A DNA stretch of 64,000 nt from Mustelus asterias (taxonomy: Eukaryota), in assembly GCF_964213995.1 (NCBI RefSeq), contig NC_135804.1:95542001-95606000 (forward strand), given 5' to 3'. Shown one piece after another: positions 36,555 through 47,408 of the stretch (its first letter is position 1; every line of letters begins with the position of its first letter). Under the pieces are notes generated by a model. It did no database searches, was not told the DNA's origin, and saw only the letters and a list, made by a program, of their open reading frames with translations. Made by a program: the position numbers and the translations under genes.

Positions 36555-36975
36555 TAAAGACCACAAGGAACTACAAAAGGTCATGAATGTAGCCCAATCC
36601 ATCACGCAAGCCAGCTTCCCATCAATTGACTCTGTCTACACTTCCCGCTGCCTCAGCAAAGCAGCCATCATAATTAAGGACCCCACGCACCCCAGACATT
36701 CTCTTTTCCACCTTCTTCCGTCAAAGAAAAGATACAAAAGTCTGAGCTCACATACCAACCGACTCAAGAACATCTTCTTCCCTGCTGCCATCAGACTTTC
36801 GAATGGACCTACCTTGCATTAAGTTGATCCTTCTCTACACCCTAGCTGTGACGGTAACACTACATTCTGCACTCTCTCCTTTCCTTCTCTATGAATGGTA
36901 TGCTTTGTCTGCATAGCGTGCAAAAAACAATACTTTTTACTGTGTTAATACATGTGACAATAATAAATCAAATAT
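36555..36975 (+). mobile_element. Rex1/Babar-like LINE 3' end
   Basis: LQKVMNVAQSIT..PSIDSVYTSRC..IIKDPTHP.HSLF.LLPS..RY.SL..TNRLKN.FFP.AIRL; tail AATAAATCAAAT. Confidence 0.75.
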
Positions 36976-37364
36976 CATTTTTCATGTGTGACAATATAAA
37001 GTGTGTTCCTAATCTAAATACTATTCTATGTGACAACATAGCATGTGATATTCAATTAAATATCATTTTTCATTGAATTTCCATTAAATATTTTTAAGAC
37101 AGAGATAGATAGATTCTTGTTAGGCAAGGGAATCAAAGGTTATTAGGGATAGATGGAAATATAGATTTTGAAACACAAACAGATCAGCCATTATTGAATC
37201 TTATTGAATAAATGGTGGACCGTCTTCAAGGGGACGAATGGCCTAATCTGCTCCTATTTTGTATGTTCGTATTTTCATCACGTGACCTTACACACCATGT
37301 GTTATCAGGTATTTCAGCCACGGAGAGCATTGCAACTGAATTTCAATCTTTCCTCAAGGGACTA

Positions 37365-37772
37365 TACTCATTTAGAATTTAGAAGAATGAGGGGGGTCTT
37401 ATCTAAAATTATGGAGGGAATAGATAAGATAGAAGCAGGGAGGTTGTTTCCACTAGCGGGTGAAACTAGAACTAGGGGGCATGGCATCAAAATAAGGGGG
37501 AGCAGATTTAGGACTGAGTTGAGGAGGAACTTCTTCACCCAAAGGGTTGTGAATCTGTGGAATTCCCTGCCCAGTGAAGCAGTTGAGGCTACCTCATTGA
37601 ATGTTTTAAAGGCAAAGATAGATAGATTTTTGAACAGTAAGGGAATTAAGGGTTATGGTGAGTGGGTAGGTAAGTGGAGCTGAGTCCACAAAAAGATTAG
37701 CCATGATCTTATTGAATGGCGGAGCAGGCTCAAGGGACCAAATAGCCTACCCCTGCTCATAGTTCTTATGTT
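37365..37772 (+). mobile_element. CR1 LINE 3' end
   Basis: LEFRRMRG...TRTRGHG.KI.G.RFRTELRRNFFTQRVVNLWNSLP; GTTCTTAT tail. Confidence 0.88.
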
Positions 37773-37809
37773 CTCTTCTGGTGTCCTCAGCAGATGATGT
37801 TTTATACTG

Positions 37810-38385
37810 ATTTGATTTATTATTGTCACATGTATCAGTATAGAGTGAAAAGTATTGTTTCTTGCTCACTATACAGACAAAACATACCATACATAGAGAA
37901 GGAAAGGAGAGGGTGCAGAATGTAGTGTTACAGTCATACGGTGTAGAAAAAGATCAACTTAATACGAGGTAGGTCCATTCAAAAGTCCGATGGCAGTAGG
38001 GAAGAAGCTGTTCTTGAGTCGGTTCATATGTGGCCTCAGACTTTTGTATCTTTTTCCTGACGGAAGAAGGTGGAACAGAGTATGTCCGGTTGCATGGGAT
38101 TCTTGATAATGCTAGCTTCTTTTCCGAGGCCGCGGGAAGTGTAGACAGAATCAGTGGATGGGAGGTTGGTTTGTGTGATTGATTGGGCTTTGTTCACGAC
38201 ACTCAGAGTCTCTTGTGGTCTTGGACAGAGCAGGAGCCATACCAAGCTGTGATACAACCAGAAAGGATGCTTTCTATGATGCAATTGTAAAAGTTGGTGA
38301 GAGTCGTAGCTGACATGCCAAATATCCTTAGTCTTCTGAGGAAGTAGAGGCATTGGTGGGCTTTCTTGACTATAGCATCGGCATG
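37810..38385 (-). mobile_element. Rex1/Babar-like LINE 3' end
   Basis: VKKAHQCLYFLRRLRIFGMSATTLTNFYNCIIESILSGCITAWYG. Confidence 0.8.
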
Positions 38386-39444
38386 GAGGATAGGAAAGGA
38401 ATGGGACTCCTCGCTCATTCTTCCTTCTTCCAATGCAGATGATCTGAAACTAATTGTGGAGACCAACTACTTCCCTGATGAAAATATTAAACTGAGCAGA
38501 CAGAGGGCATTGAATTAAAAAGCTTCCTTTACAGCTCAATTACTCACTACCTTCAAGGAAGATAGATTCAATTTTTGTAGATATATTTACGCATTAAATC
38601 TTAACAGGAAATAATAATTTTTTTTGTCAAGTTCCAAGGAACTTTGAAAATAATGAGCTGTATTCGCTTGTTTGCAGTGACAAAAAAAAATTGAGCCAAG
38701 TCTCACTTAAAGTCTGTGGCAGGCAATTTCTGGTCTCACCACAGGACATTCAGTATCCAGGGTAAGCCTGGTCATCTATATCCTAGAGACGTTGGCAGTA
38801 GGTCAGTGTACAGTCAAGAGTGATGCTGAGATATTTTGGTTTTGGGTTCTGGGAGAGTCGTTGGCCACACAACTGGACTTTAAGTCCTTTACTGGCCTTC
38901 AACTTATTCAGGTAGAAGGCTGAAACAATAGTCTTGGCAGCATTTGGTCAAAGTCTCCACTTTCTGATGTAGGCTTCCAGTGAACATAGATTTTCAGTGA
39001 ATGTTTTCTTAATACCCTGGTGTTCTTTAGCCTGGAAAGCTAGGGCCAAATCATCTGATATGCAAAGAGCTACAATTTTCTTTGGGGTTGGGAGGGGGGG
39101 AGGGGTCACTGGTATATATGTTGGTGCAAGGACTGATCGCTGCAGGAACTTGTCAGTTATGCATGGGTGACTGATTTGATTTCCAAGGCACACACAGACC
39201 TGTCAATTGTAGAACACTGAAGCAAGATGATCATGAATCTCATATTGAAACTAGTGGGTACCATCTTGGGCACCACATCCAACACACTATCCACTGTCTT
39301 ACTCACCTTAGTCTATTTAACAGCCAAGATTGCACTGCAACCTGGCTACACAAATGTGGTAGATATCCACCTCTAGGAAGTCAGGAGGGATATTTCTAGA
39401 AAGTTGAGACCAACACAGTTGAAGTTCCCTCCTGTGCTAGCACA

Positions 39445-40217
39445 CATTTGACATGTTAGTTACGACTCTCACCAACTTTTACAGATGCACCATAAAAAAC
39501 ATTCTTTCTGGCTGTATCACAGCTTGGTATAGCTCCTGCTCTACCCAAGACCGCAAGAAACTACATGATGGCACAGTGGTTAGCACTGCTGCCTCACAGC
39601 ACCAGGGACCTGGGTTCGATACCAGCCTTGGGTCACTGTTTGCACATTCTCCTTCTGGTGCTCCGGTTTCCTCTCACAGTCCAAAGATGTGCAGGTTAGG
39701 TGCACTAGCCATGTTAAATTCTCCCTCAGTGTACCCGAACAGGTGCCCGAGTGTGGCGACTGGGGGATTTTCACAGTAACTTATTTACAGTATGAATGTA
39801 AGCCGACTTGTGACTAATAAATAAACTTTACTTGAAAGGTCGTGAATGTAGCTCAATCCATCACACAAACCAGCCTCCCACCCATTGACTCTGTCTACAC
39901 TTCCCGCTGCCTCGGAAAAGCAGCCAGAAAAATTAAGAACCTCATGCATCCCGGATATACTCTCTTCCATCTTCTTTCATTGAGAAAAAGAAATAAAAAT
40001 CTGAGGTCACATACCAACCGACTCAAGTACAGCTTCTTCCCTACTGCGATCAAACTTTTGAATGGACATACCTCGTATTAAGTTGATCTTTCCTAGCTCT
40101 GACTGTAACACTACATTCCGCACTCTCTCCTTTCCTCCTTTATGAATGGTATACCATGCAAGAAACAATACTTTTCATTGTATACTGATACATGTGACAA
40201 TAATAAATCAAATCAAA
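39445..40217 (+). mobile_element. Rex1/Babar-like LINE 3' end interrupted by a V-SINE (39568-39830)
   Basis: TTLTNFYRCTIKNILSGCITAWY..QDRKKL | SINE | KVVNVAQSITQTSLP; the LINE frame resumes after the SINE. Confidence 0.8.
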
Positions 40218-40754
40218 CATTAAACACCTGATATCCACAAGGAAAACATCCTCCTCACAAAATACTATCATCTGGTGGCTAACAAAGCACTCCCATTGAC
40301 ACAGGACATCAAAAAACAAATCACCATTCACCATTTGAAATTCCATAACCTCAATTAGCACACACTCTACACCCTACAAATTGATGACAGCCCCATCTCT
40401 CGATGGCACACTTCCTGGTTGGCTGCAAACATCATCAAGCACAACTTGGTAACTGACCCAACTACTGAAGTCCCAGGTTTCAACCTTCCATAGAAAATCT
40501 GGACAACCCTCAACCGCTTGAGGATGGGCCATGAGTGATATGGCTACTTGCTCCACAGGTAACAGCTCAAATTGCGACTCTGGCCATCGAAGTCACACCA
40601 TCATCCATAGACTGAACTCCTGCCCTGAGAAATCCATCCCTGGTGGCATCACAACTGAAAGGGTTAAAACTGTTTCATTGGAAAGTATCCTTTAGCAAAT
40701 AAAACCCCAAACAGGGAAAAGCAAGATTGTTGGGCAGCAGTAATCTTGGAGTAT

Positions 40755-41268
40755 TCAGAGTATTGTGAGCAATTCTGGGCCACATATCTAAGGAAGGATG
40801 TGCTGGCCGTGGAGAAGGTCCAGAGCAGATTCACAAGAATGATCCCAGGAATGAAAAGCTTGACATATGAGAAGCATTTGAGGACTCTGGGTCTGTATTC
40901 GATGGAGTTTAGAAGGATGAGGGGGGACCTCATTGAAACTTACAGAATACTGAAAGGCCTGAATGGATTAGATTTGGGGAAGATGTTTCCTTTTGAAGGA
41001 GAGACTACGATCCGAGGGCACAGCCTCAGAATAAAGAGATGACCCTTTACAACCGAGACGAGAGGAAATTTCTTCAGCCAGAGAGTGGTGAATCTGTGGA
41101 ATTCATTGCCACAGAAGGCTGTGGAGACCAGGTCATTGAATGTATTTTAGATAGAGATAGATTTTTAATTGGTAAGGAGATCAAGGCTTACAAGGAAAAG
41201 GTGGGGGAATGGGGTTGAGAAACTTATCAACCACGATTGAAGGGCGCAGCAGACTTGGTCGGCCAAAT
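40755..41268 (+). mobile_element. CR1 LINE 3' end
   Basis: EYCEQFWATYLRKD..EKVQSRFTRMIPG..GLYSMEFRRMRGDLIETY. Confidence 0.88.
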
Positions 41269-41269
41269 G

Positions 41270-42652
41270 AACAAAGAACAAAGAAAGAACAAAGAACAAT
41301 ACAGCACAGGAACAGGCCCTTCGGCCCTCCAAGCCTGCGCCGCTCACGAGCCCACTAGACCATTCTTTTATATCCCTCTATTCCCAGTCTGTTCATGTGG
41401 CTATCTAGATAAGTTTTAAACGATCGCAGCGAGTCTGCCTCAATCACCTTGCTTGGTAGTGCATTCCAGGCCCCCACCACCCTCTGTGTAAAATACGTCC
41501 CCCTGACATCTGTGTTGAACCTTACTCCCCTCACCTTGAACCCGTGACCCCTTGTGTTCGTCACCTCCGACCTGAGAAAAAACTTCCCTATCTATGCCCT
41601 TCATAATTTTATACACCTCTATTAGGTCACCCCTCATCCTCCGTCTTTCCAGTGAGAACAACCCCAGTTTACCCAATCTCTCCTCTTAGCTAAGATCCTC
41701 CATACCAGGCAACATCCTGGTAAACCTTCTCTGTACTCTCTCCAAAGCCTCCACGTCCTTCTGGTAGTGCGGCGACCAGAACTGGACGCAGTATTCCAAA
41801 TGTGGCCTAACCAACGTTCTTTACAGCTGCAACATCATATGCCAACTTTTATATTCTATGCCCTGTCCAATAAAGGCAAGCATGCCATATGCCTTCTTCA
41901 CCACCCTCTCCACCTGTGCTGCCACCTTTAAGGATCTGTGGACTTGTACACCCAGGTCCCTCTGTGTGTCTATACTCCTGATGGTTCTGCCATTTATTGT
42001 ATAGCTCCCCCTTACATTAGATCTAGCGAAATGCATCACTTCGCATTTATCTGGATTAAATTCCATCTACCATTTCTCCGCCCAATGTTCCAGCCTATCT
42101 ATATCCTGCTGTATTCTCTGACAATGTTCATCACTATCTGCAACTCCAGCAATCGTCGTATCGTCCGCAAACTTACTGATCACACCAGTTACATCTTCCT
42201 CCAAATCATTTATATATATCACAAACAGCAGAGGTCCCAGTACACAGCCCTGCAGAACACCACTAGTCACAGACCTCCAACCAGAAAAAGACCCCTCCAC
42301 TGCTATCCTCTGTCTTCTATGGCTAAGCCAGTTCTCCACCCATCTAGCTAGCTCACCTTTTATCCCGTGAGATTTAACCTTTTGCACCAGCCTGCCATGA
42401 GGGACCTTGTCAAACGCTTTACTAAAATCCACATAGACGACATCCACGGCCCTCCCCTCGTCAATCGTTTTTGTCACCTCCTCAAAAAACTCAACCAAAT
42501 TTGTGAGGCATGACCTCCCTCATACAAAACCATGCTGTCTATCGCTAATGAGATTATTCAGTTCTAAATGCGCATATATCCTATCTCTAAGAATCTTCTC
42601 CAACAACTTCCCTACCACGGATGTCAAACTCACCAGCCTATAATTACCCGGG
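41270..42652 (-). mobile_element. CR1 LINE, 3' part (split by the Gypsy insertion)
   Basis: RT motifs DFSKAFDKVPH, QGCVLGP and KFADD; (GTTCTTT)n tail. Continues at 47409. Confidence 0.92.
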
Positions 42653-42982
42653 TGTGGTGAACCATCGTTGGTTCCCACTAGATAGTACTGAGCCAGGGTC
42701 TGGCCAGTACTACAAGTATGTATATATGTTGCTGTTGGGCTTAGGGATGGGTTGTTCTACTTGTTGCTGTTGGGGTTAGGGTTGGGCTGTTACACCTTGT
42801 ATTATAGTTATTGTGGTACATCCCAGTCGGGCTCCGCCTCCTGGGAGAGGTATAAAGGTCACTGCTCTGTCTGGGACCCCTCAGTCTGGGATCGTGTATA
42901 TAATTAGTAGCTTCGCTGTAACAGCAAATAAAAGCCTTTATTTCCTGAGCATCTCAAGCCTCGTGTGTGATAACGCGCATCA
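42653..42982 (+). repeat. Gypsy 5' LTR (330 bp)
   Basis: TGTGGTGA...GCGCATCA; GC box CTCCGCCTC, TATAAA at 42851, AATAAA at 42927. Confidence 0.95.
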
Positions 42983-43037
42983 ATTTTAGTTGCTGTTAAG
43001 TAAACTCTCGTCGAAAGAAAAAAAAACGATAGAGAGT

Positions 43038-43742
43038 ATGGAGCAGATATTGAAACCTGAACGTCTTACACTGGATCCACGTGCGGTGGGCGCCTCTAAC
43101 ACCTTCGACCACTGGTTGAAATGTTTTGAGGACTACCTGGCAGCCTCCGCAGCGGTCACCACAGATGATGACAGACTCCGGGTCCTCCATGTGAGGGTAA
43201 GCGACACCGTATACCTCGCGATCCGTGCGGCCACCGACTACACAAAGGCCCTCGAGCTTCTTAAGAAGCGTTACATTAAACCGCCAAACGAAATGCATGC
43301 TCGATACCTCTTAGCCACTCGACGACGGCAGCCCGGCGAAACGACGGAAGAATACGCGAACGAGCTCCTACAGCTAGCCAGGGGCTGTAACTGCAAAGCA
43401 GTGTCGGCAGATCAGAATATGAACGACCTCGCTCGAGATGCGCTTGTGGCGGGAATCGGATCATCTTACATCCGACTCAAACTACTGGAGCAAGGTAATC
43501 TTGACCTCACTAAGGCAATAGAACTAGCGGATATGTTGGAGACGGCCTCCAAAAGCCTAGTATTGTATCGTGAAGACCACTTGGAGACAACGTGGCAGGA
43601 GCAGTCGCTGATCCCTCCTCGTCCCTCGGGTTCGAAAAGCTGCGTGATGGCATGCCCACACTCGGGCCTGACGACGGCAGCAGCTCCGGGCAGCCCGCGG
43701 TGTTACTTCTGTGGGGGAGCGAAGCATACTCGGCAACGGTGA
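43038..43742 (+). pseudogene. gag: Gypsy gag, ending at an in-frame TGA within the first zinc knuckle
   Basis: MEQILKPERLTLDP..FDHWLKCF..RRRQPGET..CYFCGGAKHTRQR*; the frame continues into a second knuckle CSTCGKKGHYSKVC. Confidence 0.85.
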
Positions 43743-44516
43743 AACGCTAAAGCTGTGTTGTGCTCCACCTGCGGTAAGAAGGGGCACTATTCGAAAGTAT
43801 GCCGATCTAAACCTGCTTCTAGGAACAGCAGTGCGGCCTACGATTCCTCGGAGCCCGGCTCTTTGTCGTCGGCATCGTCGAGGGTTTCGTCCACGTGCGA
43901 GGCCAGGACGACGCCATTACAGTCGACGGAGTCGGAGATGCGTGACCACCAGGGGTCACTGAGTTTGGCGCCATCACCCACGTGCGACCTATGGGAGCGG
44001 CCATGTTGGTCGGCACCGACCACGAACGACCAGCAGGGGTCATCCTCGTCAATCTCAGCTGCCTGCAGTGGCGCTCATGAACCAACGGTGGCGTCGATCA
44101 TCCTGGACCAGGCCAAGCCTCATAGACTTGACAAGTCTATGATGGACATTCAGGTAAACAACCACTTGATTTATTGTCTGTTTGACAGCGGGAGCACTGA
44201 GAGTTTTATCCACCCAGACGCTGTGAAGCGGTGTGGACTCCGGATTCAACCTGTCAAACAGACAATTTCTATGGCATCAAGGTCCCAGTCTGTCACCGTG
44301 CTAGGGAGTTGCGTGGTAACTTTAACGGTGCAAGGCATGGTTTACGAGCGTTTCAAGCTCCTGGTGTTGCCGCACCTTTGCGCGCCAATACTTCTCGGAC
44401 TAAACTTCATGGTCCACTTGAGGAGTGTAACCCTACAGTATGGTGGGCCACTCCCTCCGCTTTCAGTGGGGAGAACAGCAGCCTCCAAATTGCCTAACGT
44501 AGCCTCTCGACGCTGA
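43743..44516 (+). pseudogene. Gypsy second zinc knuckle and aspartic protease (same frame as gag)
   Basis: CSTCGKKGHYSKVC; protease LFDSGSTESFI ... ILLGLNF. Confidence 0.85.
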
Positions 44517-47023
44517 AGATTACCACACCCTCCCTGTTCCAGAATCTTGTGCCAGGCTGCAAGCCCATTGCGACTAAGAGTAGGCGTTACAGCGCTGAGG
44601 ATCGGATCTTCATTCGATCTGAAGTTCAGCAGCTCCTCAAGGAAAGGATCATACAACCTAGCGCTAGTCCATGGAGAGCGCAGGTCGTGGTGGTCAAGAG
44701 TGGGAACAAACCCCGGATGGTCATTGACTATAGTCAGACCATTAATAGATACACGCAGCTGGATGCGTATCCCCTCCCGCGCATATCTGACATAGTCAAT
44801 CAGATTGCGCAGTACCGGGTGTTCGCCACCATAGATCTCAAGTCTGCCTACCACCAACTCCCCATTCGCCCAGAGGACCGACAATACACGGCTTTTGAGG
44901 CGGATGGTCGCTTGTATCACTTTCTCAGGGTTCCCTTTGGTGTCACCAATGGGGTCTCGGTCTTCCAGCGTGCTATGGACCGAATGGTGGACCAGAACGG
45001 GCTGCGGGCTACCTTCCCGTACCTGGATAACGTCACCATCTGCGGCCATGACCAGCAGGACCACGACACAAATCTCCTGAATTTCCTACGCACTGCATCT
45101 CGCCTGAACCTGACCTACAACAGGGAGAAGTGTGTGTTTCGTACGCGCCGTTTAGCCATCCTCGGATACGTGGTGGAAAACGGGGTCATTGGCCCTGATC
45201 CAGACCGTATGCGTCCCCTCTTTGAACTTCCCCTGCCCACTAGTGCAAAAGCACTGAGAAGATGCTTAGGTTTCTTCTCTTATTATGCACAGTGGGTTCC
45301 CAATTACGCGGACAAAGCCCGTCCGCTCATCAAGTCCACTTCTTTTCCCCTACCACCAGAGGCTCGATTGGCCTTTGATAAACTAAAAGCCGACATCGTG
45401 AAAGCTACGATGCACGCTGTTGATGAGTCCATCCCCTTTCAGGTGGAGAGTGATGCATCTGATTTCGCCTTGGCCGCCACACTTAACCAGGCGGGCAGGC
45501 CCGTCGCATTTTTTTCCCGCACCCTCCAAGGCCCCGAAATTCGGCATTCAGCGGTGGAAAAGGAGGCCCAGGCCATTGTGGAGGCCGTCAGGCACTGGCG
45601 CCATTACTTGGCGGGAAAACGGTTCACCCTGATCACGGACCAGCGGTCCGTGGCGTTCATGTTTAACAACACGCTGAGGGGCAAGATCAAGAACGACAAG
45701 ATCTTGCGGTGGAGAATTGAACTCTCCACCTATAACTATGACATCATGTATCGTCCAGGGAAACTCAATGAGCCCTCGGATGCCCTCTCGCGTGGAACAT
45801 GTGCCAGTATACAGGAGGACCGTTTGCAGGCTCTCCAGAATGACCTATGCCATCCTGGGATCACCCGGCTCTACCACTTTATAAAAGCCCGCAATCTGCC
45901 CTACTCGGTGGAGGATGTCAGGTCCATAACAAGAAGCTGTCAGGTATGCGCGGAATGCAAACCGCACTTTTACCGACCTGACCGGGCACAATTAGTCAAG
46001 GCCACTTGTCCCTTCGAAAGACTGAGTGTCGACTTTAAGGGCCCCCTTCCCTCAACAGATCGGAATGTGTACTTCCTCAATATCATTGATGAGTACTCAA
46101 GATTCCCTTTTGTTGTTCCCTGCTCTGATACATCCGCTGCCACGGTTATCAAGGCATTCCGTGATCTTTTCACCCTGTTTGGGTACCCCAGCTACATTCA
46201 CAGCGACAGGGGCTCGTCGTTCATGAGCGATGACTTGAGGCAATACCTGCTCTCATACGGAATTGCCTCTAGTAGAACCACGAGCTACAACCCTAGGGGT
46301 GACGGACAGGTGGAACATGAGAATGCTACAGTCTGGAAGGCTGTCTTACTGGCGTTGAAGTCAAAAAGCCTTCCAGTCTCCCGTTGGCAAGAGGTGCTCC
46401 CTGATGCGCTCCATTCCATACGCGCACTCCTGTGTACGGCAACCAACGCTACTCCCCATGAGAGGCTGTTTTCATTCCCTCGGAAGTCTTCCTCTGGGAC
46501 CTCATTACCGTCTTGGTTGACGTACTCAGGACCTGTCCTCCTGCGGCGACATGTTAGGGCCCGCAAGTCCGACCCGTTGGTCGAACAGGTCCATCTCCTC
46601 CACGCCAACCCTCAGTATGCCTATGTGGCATACCCTGACGGGCGAGAGGACACGGTCTCAATCCGAGACCTGGCGCCAGCAGGGGACCTAGAAACCCCTG
46701 TCGCTCCCATACCCCCTGTTAGAAACCCCATAACTATTGTTTCCCCTCCGGACACGGCGCGGGCAGCATCGGGACCATTACTTAACCCTTTTACTCCCGT
46801 GTACAGCTTGCCTGAGTCCAGAGGATGGTCGCCACTTCAGGGCGTGTCGGAACTGCTCAATGGATTACCATCACCTCGGGGTCAACCGGCCCGTGAGACT
46901 GTGGAGGAACAGTTGGACATCGCCTTGGGGAGAACGCCACCGCGAGTGCCTACTCCGGTGTCATCGCCGGTATTGAGGAGGTCACAACGACGGTGCGGTC
47001 CCCCTGACCGTCTGAACTTATAG
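44498..47023 (+). CDS. pol: Gypsy pol (RT, RNase H, integrase), open frame shifted -1 relative to gag-pro
   Basis: PRMVIDY, IDLKSAYHQ, PFGVTNG, YLDN; RNase H ESDASD..EKEAQA..TDQ..DALSR; integrase HPG..CQVC, SVDFKG, HSDRG, QVE. No own ATG start; probably non-functional in this copy. Confidence 0.85.
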   Translation, partial: RSLSTLKITTPSLFQNLVPGCKPIATKSRRYSAEDRIFIRSEVQQLLKERIIQPSASPWRAQVVVVKSGNKPRMVIDYSQTINRYTQLDAYPLPRISDIVNQIAQYRVFATIDLKSAYHQLPIRPEDRQYTAFEADGRLYHFLRVPFGVTNGVSVFQRAMDRMVDQNGLRATFPYLDNVTICGHDQQDHDTNLLNFLRTASRLNLTYNREKCVFRTRRLAILGYVVENGVIGPDPDRMRPLFELPLPTSAKALRRCLGFFSYYAQWVPNYADKARPLIKSTSFPLPPEARLAFDKLKADIVKATMHAVDESIPFQVESDASDFALAATLNQAGRPVAFFSRTLQGPEIRHSAVEKEAQAIVEAVRHWRHYLAGKRFTLITDQRSVAFMFNNTLRGKIKNDKILRWRIELSTYNYDIMYRPGKLNEPSDALSRGTCASIQEDRLQALQNDLCHPGITRLYHFIKARNLPYSVEDVRSITRSCQVCAECKPHFYRPDRAQLVKATCPFERLSVDFKGPLPSTDRNVYFLNIIDEYSRFPFVVPCSDTSAATVIKAFRDLFTLFGYPSYIHSDRGSSFMSDDLRQYLLSYGIASSRTTSYNPRGDGQVEHENATVWKAVLLALKSKSLPVSRWQEVLPDALHSIRALLCTATNATPHERLFSFPRKSSSGTSLPSWLTYSGPVLLRRHVRARKSDPLVEQVHLLHANPQYAYVAYPDGREDTVSIRDLAPAGDLETPVAPIPPVRNPITIVSPPDTARAASGPLLNPFTPVYSLPESRGWSPLQGVSELLNGLPSPRGQPARETVEEQLDIALGRTPPRVPTPVSSPVLRRSQRRCGPPDRLNL

Positions 47024-47074
47024 ACTGATGATGAATTATTCTGTTTTTTTTGTACCCCGCCGGCCTTTGTCTTC

Positions 47075-47088
47075 AAAGGAGGGATGAA
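47075..47088 (+). promoter_or_regulatory. Polypurine tract
   Basis: AAAGGAGGGATGAA immediately before the 3' LTR. Confidence 0.85.
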
Positions 47089-47403
47089 TGTGGTGAACCA
47101 TCGTTGGTTCCCACGAGATAGTACTGAGCCAGGGTCTGGCCAGTACTACAAGTATGTATATATGTTGCTGTTGGGGTTAGGGATGGGTTGTTCTACTTGT
47201 TGCTGTTGGGGTTAGGGTTGGGCTGTTACACCTTGTATTATAGTTATTGTGGTACATCCCAGTCAGGCTCCACCTCCTGGGAGAGGTATAAAGGTCACTG
47301 CTCTGTCTGGGACCCCTCAGTCTGGGATCGTGTATATAATTAGTAGCTTTGTTGTAACAGCAAATAAAAGCCTTTATTTCCTGAGCATCTCAACCGCGCA
47401 TCA
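47089..47403 (+). repeat. Gypsy 3' LTR (315 bp)
   Basis: By manual comparison it differs from the 5' LTR by 6 substitutions and a net 15 bp deletion near the U5 end. Confidence 0.95.
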
Positions 47404-47408
47404 CCGGG

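Larger units (their letters stand above)
42653..47403 (+). mobile_element. Full-length Ty3/Gypsy LTR retrotransposon with 5 bp TSD CCGGG
   Basis: TG...CA LTRs at 42653-42982 and 47089-47403; CCGGG at 42648-42652 and 47404-47408; domain order gag-PR-RT-RH-IN; PPT before the 3' LTR. Confidence 0.97.

Noticed and set aside
44342-45064. 240 aa antisense ORF within Gypsy pol
   Set aside because: Shadow ORF of a GC-balanced coding strand; no motif or independent signals.
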